The translations under genes were made by a program, and so were the position numbers. 64,000 nt of DNA from Burkholderiales bacterium (lineage in GTDB: Bacteria; Pseudomonadota; Gammaproteobacteria; Burkholderiales; Burkholderiaceae_C), in NCBI GenBank assembly GCA_038227445.1, contig JBBRPV010000005.1, forward strand, positions 584 through 64,583, given 5' to 3'. Shown piece by piece: positions 19,584 through 28,306 of the stretch; position 1 is the first letter of the stretch, and every line of letters starts with the position of its first letter. The notes under the pieces were generated by a model. The model was not told the origin of the DNA. It made no database searches and saw nothing but the letters and a program-made list of their open reading frames with translations.

Positions 19584-20210
19584 ATGACTGATCGACAAGC
19601 AAGCAGCTTTTTCCTGACGCTCGAAGGCATTGACGGTGCTGGCAAGTCGTCCCACGTGGTGGCGGTCTGCAACCACTTCAAAGCTCAGGGCCGTTCGGTT
19701 GTGATGACTCGCGAGCCCGGTGGCACACCGCTGGCCGAAGCGCTGCGCGAAATGATTCTGCACGACCCAATGGACCCACTCACCGAGGCGCTCCTGATCT
19801 TCGCCGCCCGGCGCGACCACGTGGTCAACGTGATCGCCCCGGCGCTCGCGCGTGGCGACGTGGTGGTTTGCGACCGCTTCACCGATTCCACCATCGCCTA
19901 CCAGGGTTTCGGCCGCAGGTTTCCGCTGCCGGTGCTCGAACAGCTGGAGCGCTGGGTGCACGCCGAACTGCAACCCGACCTCACGCTGTGGTTCGACCTG
20001 AGCCCTGAGCTGGCGGCAATGCGGCTGGCCGGCGCAAGGACACCAGATCGGTTCGAAAGCGAACAGCTGGAGTTTTTCAACCGCGTGCGGTCGGGTTATG
20101 CGCAGCGCGCAGAAAGCCACCCGGCGCGGTTTCTGAGGGTCGATGCGGCCGCAGAAAGAAGCGAGATCAGCCGCCGAATCGCAGAGGTGCTGGTCAACGC
20201 AGCAGGGTGA
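19584..20210 (+). CDS. tmk: Thymidylate (dTMP) kinase
   Basis: [12 protein letters not shown]-loop, [38 protein letters not shown]. Confidence 0.93.
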   Translation: MTDRQASSFFLTLEGIDGAGKSSHVVAVCNHFKAQGRSVVMTREPGGTPLAEALREMILHDPMDPLTEALLIFAARRDHVVNVIAPALARGDVVVCDRFTDSTIAYQGFGRRFPLPVLEQLERWVHAELQPDLTLWFDLSPELAAMRLAGARTPDRFESEQLEFFNRVRSGYAQRAESHPARFLRVDAAAERSEISRRIAEVLVNAAG

Positions 20211-20279
20211 CCTTCAGATGAAAATCCTCGCAGTCAAGTATCGACAGCACCATGTGATCACCCCCAAGCCGCCACTGAC

Positions 20280-21461
20280 ATGACCCAAGCTTTCCTCCCG
20301 TTCGCATTGCCCGATATCGGCGAAGAAGAGATCGCCGAGGTGGTCGACACGCTGCGCTCCGGCTGGGTCACCACCGGGCCGAAGGCCAAGCGCTTCGAAC
20401 AAGACTTCGCCGCATTTCTAGGCGACCCGGCGCTGCACTGCATGGCTGTCAACTCGGCCACCGCCGGGCTGCACCTCGCGCTCGAAGCACTGGGCATCGG
20501 CCCCGGCGACGAAGTCATCACGACCACCCACACCTTCACCGCCACTGCCGAAGTGGTGCGGTACCTCGGCGCCGACGTGGTGCTGGTCGACATCGACCCG
20601 GCAACACTGTGCATCGACGTCAACGCCATCGAAGCCGCCATCACGCCGCGCACCAAGGCCGTGATGCCGGTGCACTACGCCGGCCTGGCGGTCGACATGC
20701 GCGCGCTGCTTGCTCTGGCGAAAAAGCACGGCCTCAAGGTTGTGGAAGATGCGGCGCATGCACTGCCCACCACCAGCGGCGGCGAACTTGTAGGAACGCT
20801 CGCATCAGACGTGACCGTGTTCAGCTTCTACGCCAACAAGACCATCACGACGGGCGAAGGAGGCATGGTCGTGACGCGCAACGCAGAACTGGCCAAGCGC
20901 ATCCAGGTGATGCGCTTGCACGGCATGAGCCGCGACGCGTTCGACCGCTTCACCGCCAAGGTACCGAGCTGGTACTACGAGATCGTCGCGCCGGGGTTCA
21001 AGTACAACCTGACCGACATTGCGGCGGCACTCGGGCTCCAGCAGTTGAAGCGTGCGCGTGCATTCCAGGTCAAGCGCCAAATGCTCGCGAACGCGTACCA
21101 CGAGGCGCTTTCTGGCCTGCCGCTGCTGCTGCCGCCTGAACCGGCCGCGGGCGACATGCATTCTTGGCACCTCTACGTCGTGCGCTTGCAAAACGCCATG
21201 CCGGGCGCGCGCGATGCATTCATAGAAGGGCTGTTCGCGTCCGGAATCGGCTGCAGCGTGCACTACATCCCGCTGCACCTGCAGCCCTACTGGCGCGACC
21301 GGTACCGCTTGCGCCCGGAGCAGTTCCCGCACAGCCAGCATGCGTTCGAGCGGCTCGTGAGCCTGCCGATGTACACCCGCATGACGGTTGACGACGTGCA
21401 ACGTGTGGCGCGGGCGGCGAAGGGGGCGCTGGCAGCGCGGGGCGGCGCCGGCGCTGCATGA
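20280..21461 (+). CDS. DegT/DnrJ-family 4-aminotransferase, WlbF/PglE/ArnB-like
   Basis: [39 protein letters not shown]. Confidence 0.9.
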   Translation: MTQAFLPFALPDIGEEEIAEVVDTLRSGWVTTGPKAKRFEQDFAAFLGDPALHCMAVNSATAGLHLALEALGIGPGDEVITTTHTFTATAEVVRYLGADVVLVDIDPATLCIDVNAIEAAITPRTKAVMPVHYAGLAVDMRALLALAKKHGLKVVEDAAHALPTTSGGELVGTLASDVTVFSFYANKTITTGEGGMVVTRNAELAKRIQVMRLHGMSRDAFDRFTAKVPSWYYEIVAPGFKYNLTDIAAALGLQQLKRARAFQVKRQMLANAYHEALSGLPLLLPPEPAAGDMHSWHLYVVRLQNAMPGARDAFIEGLFASGIGCSVHYIPLHLQPYWRDRYRLRPEQFPHSQHAFERLVSLPMYTRMTVDDVQRVARAAKGALAARGGAGAA

Positions 21462-22900
21462 TCAAACGACTGGTCGACGTGCTGGTGGCCGGGTTTGGCC
21501 TGCTGCTGCTCGCGCCACTGTTCATGCTGCTGGCCATCTTGATCAAGCTCGATTCGGCCGGGCCAGTGTTCTATCGGCAGGAGCGTGTGGGGCGGCACGG
21601 GCGGCCATTCCGCATCTTCAAGTTCCGCACGATGGCCACGCTGCAGAGTGCCGGCTCGGCGCAGATTACCGTGGCTGGCGACAGCCGCATCACCCGGGTG
21701 GGGCACTGGTTGCGCCGATCCAAGCTCGACGAGCTTGCGCAGTTGCTCGATGTGCTGCGTGGCACGATGAGCCTGGTTGGCCCACGGCCCGAAGTGCCGC
21801 GCTATGTCGAGCATTACCCGCCGCAGTGGCGCGAGAGGCTGCTCAGTGTGCGACCGGGCATCACCGACTTTGCATCGGTACGCTTCCGCGACGAGAGCGA
21901 ATTGCTGGCGCGTGCGGCCGATCCCGAGCGCGAGTACATCGACGTGATCCTGCCGACCAAGCTGCGTTATGCCTTGCGCTACGTTGAACAACCGACGCTC
22001 GTCAACGACTTGCGGGTGCTGGGCCTCACGCTGACAACCGTCTTCATTCCGACCCTGCCCTCACCGAGGAGGTGGCTTCCCATGAACGACAGCAAACTGT
22101 GGATCTGGCTCGACGACTCGATGTCAGCCTTGCGGCCGCGAAACCGCAGCATTGCGATGGCGGTGGACGCGCTCACCGTGCTGGCCTGCTGGCACATCAC
22201 CTACCTGTTTCGCTTGGGCTTCGAGCGCTGGCAGCCGGGTCGCCCTTGGTATGACGACTACGTGTCGTTCGGTGTCGTGCTGACTTACCTGGCGATGCTG
22301 GCGATCACCGGTGTCCCTCGCGGGCTGTGGCGCTTCTTTGGTTTCGACGATTTCAAGCGCATCGCCGCGGCTTGCCTGATCGCCGGCTTGCTGAGCGCGG
22401 TCGCGGTGCTAACGGCACACCTGAGTGGAGTTGCGCGCGCGGTGCTCTTGCTGCACCCACTGTTCTGCGTGCTTGCGTTGAGCTTGCTGCGCATGGCTTA
22501 CCGCATGGTGTGGGAGAACGCGCGCGCACGGGTCAGTGACGATGAAGGCGAGCCGCGTCGCGCCGTGGTGCTGGGGGCTGGAGAGGCGGCGCGGCAGTTG
22601 GTCGGTGCCATTCACCGCCGCGATGGCTGGACCGTGCTGGCGCTGCTGGACGATGACCCCGCCAAGCAAGGGTTGCGACTTGGGGGCGTATCGGTTCAGG
22701 GCGCGCTTGGAGACCTTGTGCTGCCACACATTTTGGCCGGCGCCACCCACGTGATCGTTGCGATGCCCGGCGCAGCGAAAGACGACCGTGACCGCGCGCT
22801 GGCGCTGGCCCGGCACACCGGCCTTCCGGTGATGAACGTGCCGAGCAAGATGGAGTTGCAGAGCGGCGCGGACGCGTCAGGTATGGCGGCTGCGTCGTGA
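21458..22900 (+). CDS. Fusion: WlbG/PglC-type phosphoglycosyltransferase plus the TM and first Rossmann domains of a WbpM/WlbL protein (no catalytic domain)
   Basis: [35 protein letters not shown]; then 4 TM helices and VVLGAGEAA...LLDDDPAK. Confidence 0.85.
   Translation: MIKRLVDVLVAGFGLLLLAPLFMLLAILIKLDSAGPVFYRQERVGRHGRPFRIFKFRTMATLQSAGSAQITVAGDSRITRVGHWLRRSKLDELAQLLDVLRGTMSLVGPRPEVPRYVEHYPPQWRERLLSVRPGITDFASVRFRDESELLARAADPEREYIDVILPTKLRYALRYVEQPTLVNDLRVLGLTLTTVFIPTLPSPRRWLPMNDSKLWIWLDDSMSALRPRNRSIAMAVDALTVLACWHITYLFRLGFERWQPGRPWYDDYVSFGVVLTYLAMLAITGVPRGLWRFFGFDDFKRIAAACLIAGLLSAVAVLTAHLSGVARAVLLLHPLFCVLALSLLRMAYRMVWENARARVSDDEGEPRRAVVLGAGEAARQLVGAIHRRDGWTVLALLDDDPAKQGLRLGGVSVQGALGDLVLPHILAGATHVIVAMPGAAKDDRDRALALARHTGLPVMNVPSKMELQSGADASGMAAAS
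22067..22084 (+). promoter_or_regulatory. Internal RBS (AGGAGG) and in-frame ATG at the fusion junction
   Basis: AGGAGG at 22067-22072, 9-nt spacer, ATG at 22082 in frame with 21458. Confidence 0.6.
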
Positions 22901-22929
22901 CACAAATCTGAAACTGAAACCGACCGTGA

Positions 22930-24846
22930 TCAGCGCCGGGCCAGCGCTGCTGAGGCCTCTGCGTTGACCTCATCGGCGGAGCGAAACTCTGGCACCAGGT
23001 GGCGAATCTGGCGCAGCATCGCATCGGTATCGCCGCTGCTGCATGCCTGCAGCAAAGACTGCAACATTTTGTCCAGCAGCACCGGCTCGATGTGACGCTC
23101 GCGGGCGCACATGATGCGCGGGTGGCTGCTCGGCACCACGTCGTCACCGATCAGCAGCTCCTCGAAGAGCTTTTCGCCCGGGCGCAGGCCCACCGCCTTG
23201 ATCTCGATCTCGCCGTTCGGCTCGTCGGCGGTTTTCTCTGTCAGGCCCGACAGCCGGATCATCGAGCGTGCCAGGTCGGCAATGCGCACCGGCTCGCCCA
23301 TGTCGAGAACGAACACGTCACCGCCGCGTGCCATTGCACCAGCCTGAATCACGAGCTGCGCCGCCTCGGGAATCAGCATGAAGTATCGAACGATGTCGGG
23401 GTGGGTGATCGTGATCGGCCCACCCGATTGAATCTGGCGCCGGAACAAAGGAACCACGGAGCCTGAAGAACCGAGCACATTGCCGAAGCGCACCATCGAA
23501 AAGATGGTCTTGCCGTTGGAGCGAATGGCCGACGCCTGGAACAGCAGTTCGGCGATGCGCTTGGAGGCGCCCATCACGTTTGTCGGACGCACCGCCTTAT
23601 CGGTCGACACCAGCACACAGGTTTCTACCGATGCCTCAAGCGCTGCGCGCGCCACGTTAAGCGTGCCGAACACGTTGTTGCGCAGACCCTGCTGTATGTT
23701 GGCCTCCACCATCGGCACGTGCTTGTACGCGGCAGCGTGATAGATGGTCTGCACGCGGTGGCGCTGGAGCAGATCGCGCATCAGGCCGACGTCGACCGCC
23801 GAACCGAGGTGGGCGACGATCTGCGCGCCTTGCGCGGCCTGTTGCAGTTCGTGATCAATCGCGTAGAGCGAGTATTCCGAGTGGTCGAACAGCACCAGCA
23901 GCTTCGGCTTTTGCGACAAGATTTGCCGGCACAGCTCGCTGCCAATCGAGCCACCGGCACCGGTCACCAGCACGCTCTTGCCCACGATATTGCGTGCGAA
24001 CAGGGTTGGATCCGGCGGCACGGCGTCGCGCCCGAGCAGGTCGGCCACATCGACCTCGCGGATGTCCGACACGTCGGCTTGCCCGTCGACCAGATCGACC
24101 AGGCCAGGCAGGATGCGCACGGGCAGGCCCGCCGTTTCCACGCGCTGGATCAGGCGCCGCTTCTGCGCCGTGTTGGCCGACGGAATCGCAACGACGATCT
24201 GGCTTGCGTCGTGGTGGAAGATCGCTTTGGTCAACGCGTCGGGCGAATACACCTTCAGCCCCGCAACGGTCTTGTTTTGCAACACCTTGCGATCATCGAG
24301 GAAGCACACTGCCTTGTGCTCAAGGCTGAATTGCATGGCCTGGGCCAGCTGCGCTCCGGCATTGCCAGCACCGTAGATGATGGTGCGCAAGCGCGGCCGG
24401 CCGCCATTCTTTAACCCGCGGCGCAACAGTGCGCGGGCGATGAAACGCGACGACACCACGTACGCAAAAGCGACGAACCAGTAGATGAGCAGCGCTGAGC
24501 GCGGCAGCATATCTACGTCGAACAGCTGCGCCAGCGCGTAGACGAGCAACACTGCCACCGCGAGTGCACCGCTCGCGGCAACCAGAACGCACAAATCGAT
24601 ATAGCGCACGACAGTGCGGTACAGACCGGCCGCGCCGAGCACTGGCAGCGCGAGCAGGGCCAGCGCGATCTGGACACCGGGCACCGTCTCGAGCCCGGTG
24701 GTTAGCGACCCGGTCCGAAAGGTCGTCGCCGCGAACATGCACAGCGGCAGGAACAGCGCGTCGCCACCAATCATGACCCACACCTTGGCGCGCGGCGAAA
24801 GCTGTGCGAGCTGGCGGGCGATGGACATCGGTGAAAGCAGGAACAT
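22930..24846 (-). CDS. wbpM: UDP-GlcNAc 4,6-dehydratase, WbpM/CapD/PglF family (full length)
   Basis: TM helices, IYGAGNAG, DLLGRD, LVTGAGGSIGSEL, HAAAYKHVP, STDKAV, VRFGNVLGSSGSV. Confidence 0.93.
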   Translation of the reverse strand: MFLLSPMSIARQLAQLSPRAKVWVMIGGDALFLPLCMFAATTFRTGSLTTGLETVPGVQIALALLALPVLGAAGLYRTVVRYIDLCVLVAASGALAVAVLLVYALAQLFDVDMLPRSALLIYWFVAFAYVVSSRFIARALLRRGLKNGGRPRLRTIIYGAGNAGAQLAQAMQFSLEHKAVCFLDDRKVLQNKTVAGLKVYSPDALTKAIFHHDASQIVVAIPSANTAQKRRLIQRVETAGLPVRILPGLVDLVDGQADVSDIREVDVADLLGRDAVPPDPTLFARNIVGKSVLVTGAGGSIGSELCRQILSQKPKLLVLFDHSEYSLYAIDHELQQAAQGAQIVAHLGSAVDVGLMRDLLQRHRVQTIYHAAAYKHVPMVEANIQQGLRNNVFGTLNVARAALEASVETCVLVSTDKAVRPTNVMGASKRIAELLFQASAIRSNGKTIFSMVRFGNVLGSSGSVVPLFRRQIQSGGPITITHPDIVRYFMLIPEAAQLVIQAGAMARGGDVFVLDMGEPVRIADLARSMIRLSGLTEKTADEPNGEIEIKAVGLRPGEKLFEELLIGDDVVPSSHPRIMCARERHIEPVLLDKMLQSLLQACSSGDTDAMLRQIRHLVPEFRSADEVNAEASAALARR

Positions 24847-24857
24847 GTTGGATTCTT

Positions 24858-25421
24858 TCAAATGCGGGGAGGATTCTGCATCTCGCCGACGCACAGCCTC
24901 TGGCCGGGTTGAAGCGCCTGGCCAGCGGCCAACTTGGCGCCGGGTTCGAGCACCGAGCCGCCGCCCATGCTGGAGCCCGCTCCCAAGTGCCCGTAGGCTC
25001 CCACGTGGGCATGATGATCGAGCAGCGCACCGGCGTTGACGATGGCGCCCTCGTCGACACGCGCTTCGGTTGCGACCACACTGCCGGCCATGATCGTCAC
25101 GCCCGACCCGATCATCGCGCTCGACGACACGATTGCTCGGGGGTGGACGAGGCTCACGCAGCCGAAGCCGGCCTCGACGGCGCTTTCGCAGGCCCGACGG
25201 CGTGCAACGTTGTCACCGATGGCTGGCACCACGGCATCTGCCATCAGGCGCAGCGAGGCGAGGTCGGCTACGCGGCCGACGACCGGAACGCCACCGACCG
25301 GCGCGAGGTCGGGCCAGCGGTCGTCCACGAATCCCACCAGCGTGTGTTTGCCGTCGACCAACACCAGCTCGGCCACGGCGCGGCCATACCCCCCGGCGCC
25401 GATCACGAGAAGGCGCGCCAC
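24858..25421 (-). CDS. PglD/NeuD-family sugar N/O-acetyltransferase
   Basis: LLVIGAGGYG, AIGDNVARR, LVHPRA, hexapeptide repeats with DHH. Confidence 0.85.
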   Translation of the reverse strand: MARLLVIGAGGYGRAVAELVLVDGKHTLVGFVDDRWPDLAPVGGVPVVGRVADLASLRLMADAVVPAIGDNVARRRACESAVEAGFGCVSLVHPRAIVSSSAMIGSGVTIMAGSVVATEARVDEGAIVNAGALLDHHAHVGAYGHLGAGSSMGGGSVLEPGAKLAAGQALQPGQRLCVGEMQNPPRI

Positions 25422-25586
25422 GTGTCAGAGCCTTTGAATGAATCCGGCGCGCGCGAGCGGGCGACGCATGCGAAGCCAATCTGGGCGCAAAGCCCAGCCG
25501 CAGTTTGGGCGACCCCGAGCGTTTGCGACGATGAGGGGCGCGGTTCGGGGCGGCAGTGCGGGTGTGTTGGGGTTGTCCACAGGGTC

Positions 25587-26636
25587 TCAGACCTCTTGCG
25601 CGGCCCGGTCGCCGGCCTTGCAGCGAAAAGCGAGCCAGACCAGCGGTGCATACGCCACGATGCTGCCGAGCAGGCCGTCGACGTGCCCAGTGGCCACCAG
25701 CAACGCGATCGGCAGAAGCCACAAAGCGTTGATCGCACCCACGGCGAGGGTGACCTTCTCATGCGAGGCCAGCCTGCGCGAGGCGTACTGGAACGCGTGG
25801 CTTCGGTGGGCGACCGAGAAGCGCTCACCGCGTCGCACCCGGCGGATCAGCGTCGTGGTTGCATCCGTCATGAAGCAGCCGAATAGGATGAACCAGCACC
25901 AGAACACCTGCGGCGCCTGCTGCGCAGACCAGAGTGAGAACAACGCGAGCACGAGGCCGACGAAGCCGCTGCCGGCGTCGCCCATAAAGATCTTCGCGGG
26001 CGGGTAGTTCCACACTAAAAAGCCCGCGATGCAGCTCGCGAAAACGACCGGCAACGGCCAATGGGCTGTGCCGGTGGCAAGCCACCAGCACAGCGCGCCG
26101 CCAAGCGATGCCGTGATGGCTTCGACACTGGCGATGCCGTCGATGCCGTCCATGAAGTTGCACAGGTTCACCATCCAGACGATGTAGACCGCCGCCAGCG
26201 CGAGGCCGAACCAGCCCAGGTCCACTGGCACGCCGAACATCGGCACCGGCGGAATGCCGCGCATCACCCACAGCATCCAGACCGCCGCAGCGGCGTGGGC
26301 CAGGAAGCGCCAGCGCGCCTGCAACGGCCGCTGGTCGTCGATAAAACCGACCAGTGCCACCAACCCGCCGCTGCCAAGCAACGCGACCAAAAGCCCTGTG
26401 GGCATGGCGCGCATTTGGTACAACCCCGCCGCCAGCGCAACGAAAGAAACCACGATCGACACCCCACCGCCGCGCGGCGTGGGCACCGTGTGCATGCTGC
26501 GGTCATTGGGCTTGTCAAGAAGCTTCGCTGAGAGCGCGTAGCGCCGCATCAACCCGGTGAGCCACCAAGCCAACGCAACGCCGAGAAACGTGGCCACCAG
26601 GATGATCGGCCCGGGGAAATTGATGTCGAATGGCAT
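25587..26636 (-). CDS. WbpL/WecA-like polyprenyl-phosphate HexNAc-1-P transferase (MraY superfamily)
   Basis: PNDRSMHTVPTPRGGG, GFIDD, NFMDGIDG, IFMGDAGS, AHRSHAFQ. Confidence 0.92.
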   Translation of the reverse strand: MPFDINFPGPIILVATFLGVALAWWLTGLMRRYALSAKLLDKPNDRSMHTVPTPRGGGVSIVVSFVALAAGLYQMRAMPTGLLVALLGSGGLVALVGFIDDQRPLQARWRFLAHAAAAVWMLWVMRGIPPVPMFGVPVDLGWFGLALAAVYIVWMVNLCNFMDGIDGIASVEAITASLGGALCWWLATGTAHWPLPVVFASCIAGFLVWNYPPAKIFMGDAGSGFVGLVLALFSLWSAQQAPQVFWCWFILFGCFMTDATTTLIRRVRRGERFSVAHRSHAFQYASRRLASHEKVTLAVGAINALWLLPIALLVATGHVDGLLGSIVAYAPLVWLAFRCKAGDRAAQEV

Positions 26637-26684
26637 GCGGAAGAGGCCAGGGCGAACAGGGCGTCGCTTTTCGCTTGGTCTTGG

Positions 26685-26713
26685 ATTCTAAGGTCGCGGG
26701 TGCGGGCGATAAT
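26685..26713. promoter_or_regulatory. Divergent -10 candidates: TAGAAT (minus, 26685-26690) and GATAAT (plus, 26708-26713)
   Basis: Hexamers in the gap between the divergent wbpL-like and gtrA-like genes. Confidence 0.4.
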
Positions 26714-27149
26714 TCTGCGCTTGAGTCCCAACGCCACTCCTTCCGCCGAGCCTTCAGGTACATCGCAGAGAACGCTCCGGCAACTGCTGCGCTTTGTTCT
26801 GGTGGGCTTGGGACTCAATGCGGTGTTGTACGCCTGTTACCTAGGCCTTGTTGATCGCGGTCTGCTCCCGATGCTTGCGATGACCGCTGTGTACGTGGCC
26901 GGCACCGCGCTGGGCTTCGTGCTGCACCGCTTGTGGTCTTTCGGCAGCCGCGGGGCCGTGCATCGTGAGTGGGGGGCTTATGTCGCCGTCTACGGAGCCG
27001 GTTATGTGTTCAACCTGGCGGCACTCGCCTTCTGCGTCGGCCTTCTCGGCTGGCCACACGCCTGGGTTCAGGGCGTGATGGTGTTCGTGGTGGCCGCTAC
27101 GACCTTTGTTCTCAACAAATTCTGGGTGTTCCGCGCCCCGCGACACTGA
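26700..27149 (+). CDS. GtrA-family small flippase for Und-P-sugar
   Basis: QLLRFVLVG, four TM helices, FVLHRLWSF and FVLNKFWVF repeats; true start may be TTG 26721 or later. Confidence 0.85.
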   Translation: MRAIILRLSPNATPSAEPSGTSQRTLRQLLRFVLVGLGLNAVLYACYLGLVDRGLLPMLAMTAVYVAGTALGFVLHRLWSFGSRGAVHREWGAYVAVYGAGYVFNLAALAFCVGLLGWPHAWVQGVMVFVVAATTFVLNKFWVFRAPRH

Positions 27150-27151
27150 CC

Positions 27152-28306
27152 ATGGCCACCGAGACACGCGTCGACATACCGTTCAACAAGCCGTACATGA
27201 CTGGCCGCGAGCTGAGCTACATCGCTGAGGCGCATTCGGCCGGGCACCTTGCGGGCGACGGTATCTTCTCTCGCCGCTGTGCGGCCTGGCTCGAGCAACG
27301 CACGGGCGCGCACCGGGCGCTGTTAACGCACTCGTGTACTGCCGCGCTGGAGATGGCCGCGATGCTGGCCGACATCGGCCCCGGCGACGAGGTCATCATG
27401 CCTTCGTACACTTTTGTGTCGACCGCTAACGCATTCGTGCTGCGTGGCGGCGTGCCGGTGTTCGTTGATGTGCGGCGCGACACGCTCAACATCGATGAAG
27501 CGCTCGTCGAGGCCGCGATCACGCCGCGCACGCGCGCCATCGTGGTCGTCCACTATGCCGGCGTAGGGTGCGAGATGGACACGATCATGGCGATTGCCGA
27601 GCGCCATGGCCTGCTCGTGATCGAAGACGCGGCGCAAGGCCTGATGTCGCAGTACAAGGGGCGGCTGCTGGGCAGCATTGGCCACCTCGCGGCGCTGTCT
27701 TTCCACGAGACGAAGAACATCATCTCGGGCGAAGGCGGTGCGCTGCTCGTGAACGATGCGCGCTTCACCGACCGCGCGGAGGTGCTCCGCGAGAAAGGCA
27801 CGAACCGGAGCCGTTTCTTCCGTGGCCAGGTCGACAAATACACCTGGACTGACATTGGCTCCTCTTTCCTGCCGGGCGAGATTGTGGCCGCCTTCCTGTG
27901 GGCGCAGATGGAAGAAGCGCAGGCCATCACTGACCGGCGGCTGGCACTCTGGGCGCGATACCACGAGGCGCTCAAGCCGCTTGAGCGCGCTGGGCTCGCT
28001 GTGCGGCCAAGCCTTCCGGCCACCTGCCTGTTCAACGCACACATGTATTACCTGCTGCTGCCCGGGCTCGCCGAGCGCACCGACTTCATTGCGCGGCTGC
28101 GTGCGGTGGGCATCTACTGCGTCTTCCATTACGTGCCCTTGCACAGTTCTCCGGCAGGCCTTCGGTTCGGGCGTGCGCACGGTGCGCTCGGCGTGACCGA
28201 CGAGGCCGGGGATCGCCTCGTGCGGTTGCCGATGTGGGTCGGGCTGGAGACGCACCAAACGCGGGTCATCGACTCGGTCGTGCGCATAGCCAGCGGTCCG
28301 GCCTGA
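27152..28306 (+). CDS. wecE: dTDP-4-amino-4,6-dideoxygalactose transaminase, WecE/RffA family
   Basis: IPFNKP, LTHSCTAALEMAA, SFHETKNIISGEGGAL, REKGTNRSRFFRGQVDKYTW. Confidence 0.9.
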   Translation: MATETRVDIPFNKPYMTGRELSYIAEAHSAGHLAGDGIFSRRCAAWLEQRTGAHRALLTHSCTAALEMAAMLADIGPGDEVIMPSYTFVSTANAFVLRGGVPVFVDVRRDTLNIDEALVEAAITPRTRAIVVVHYAGVGCEMDTIMAIAERHGLLVIEDAAQGLMSQYKGRLLGSIGHLAALSFHETKNIISGEGGALLVNDARFTDRAEVLREKGTNRSRFFRGQVDKYTWTDIGSSFLPGEIVAAFLWAQMEEAQAITDRRLALWARYHEALKPLERAGLAVRPSLPATCLFNAHMYYLLLPGLAERTDFIARLRAVGIYCVFHYVPLHSSPAGLRFGRAHGALGVTDEAGDRLVRLPMWVGLETHQTRVIDSVVRIASGPA

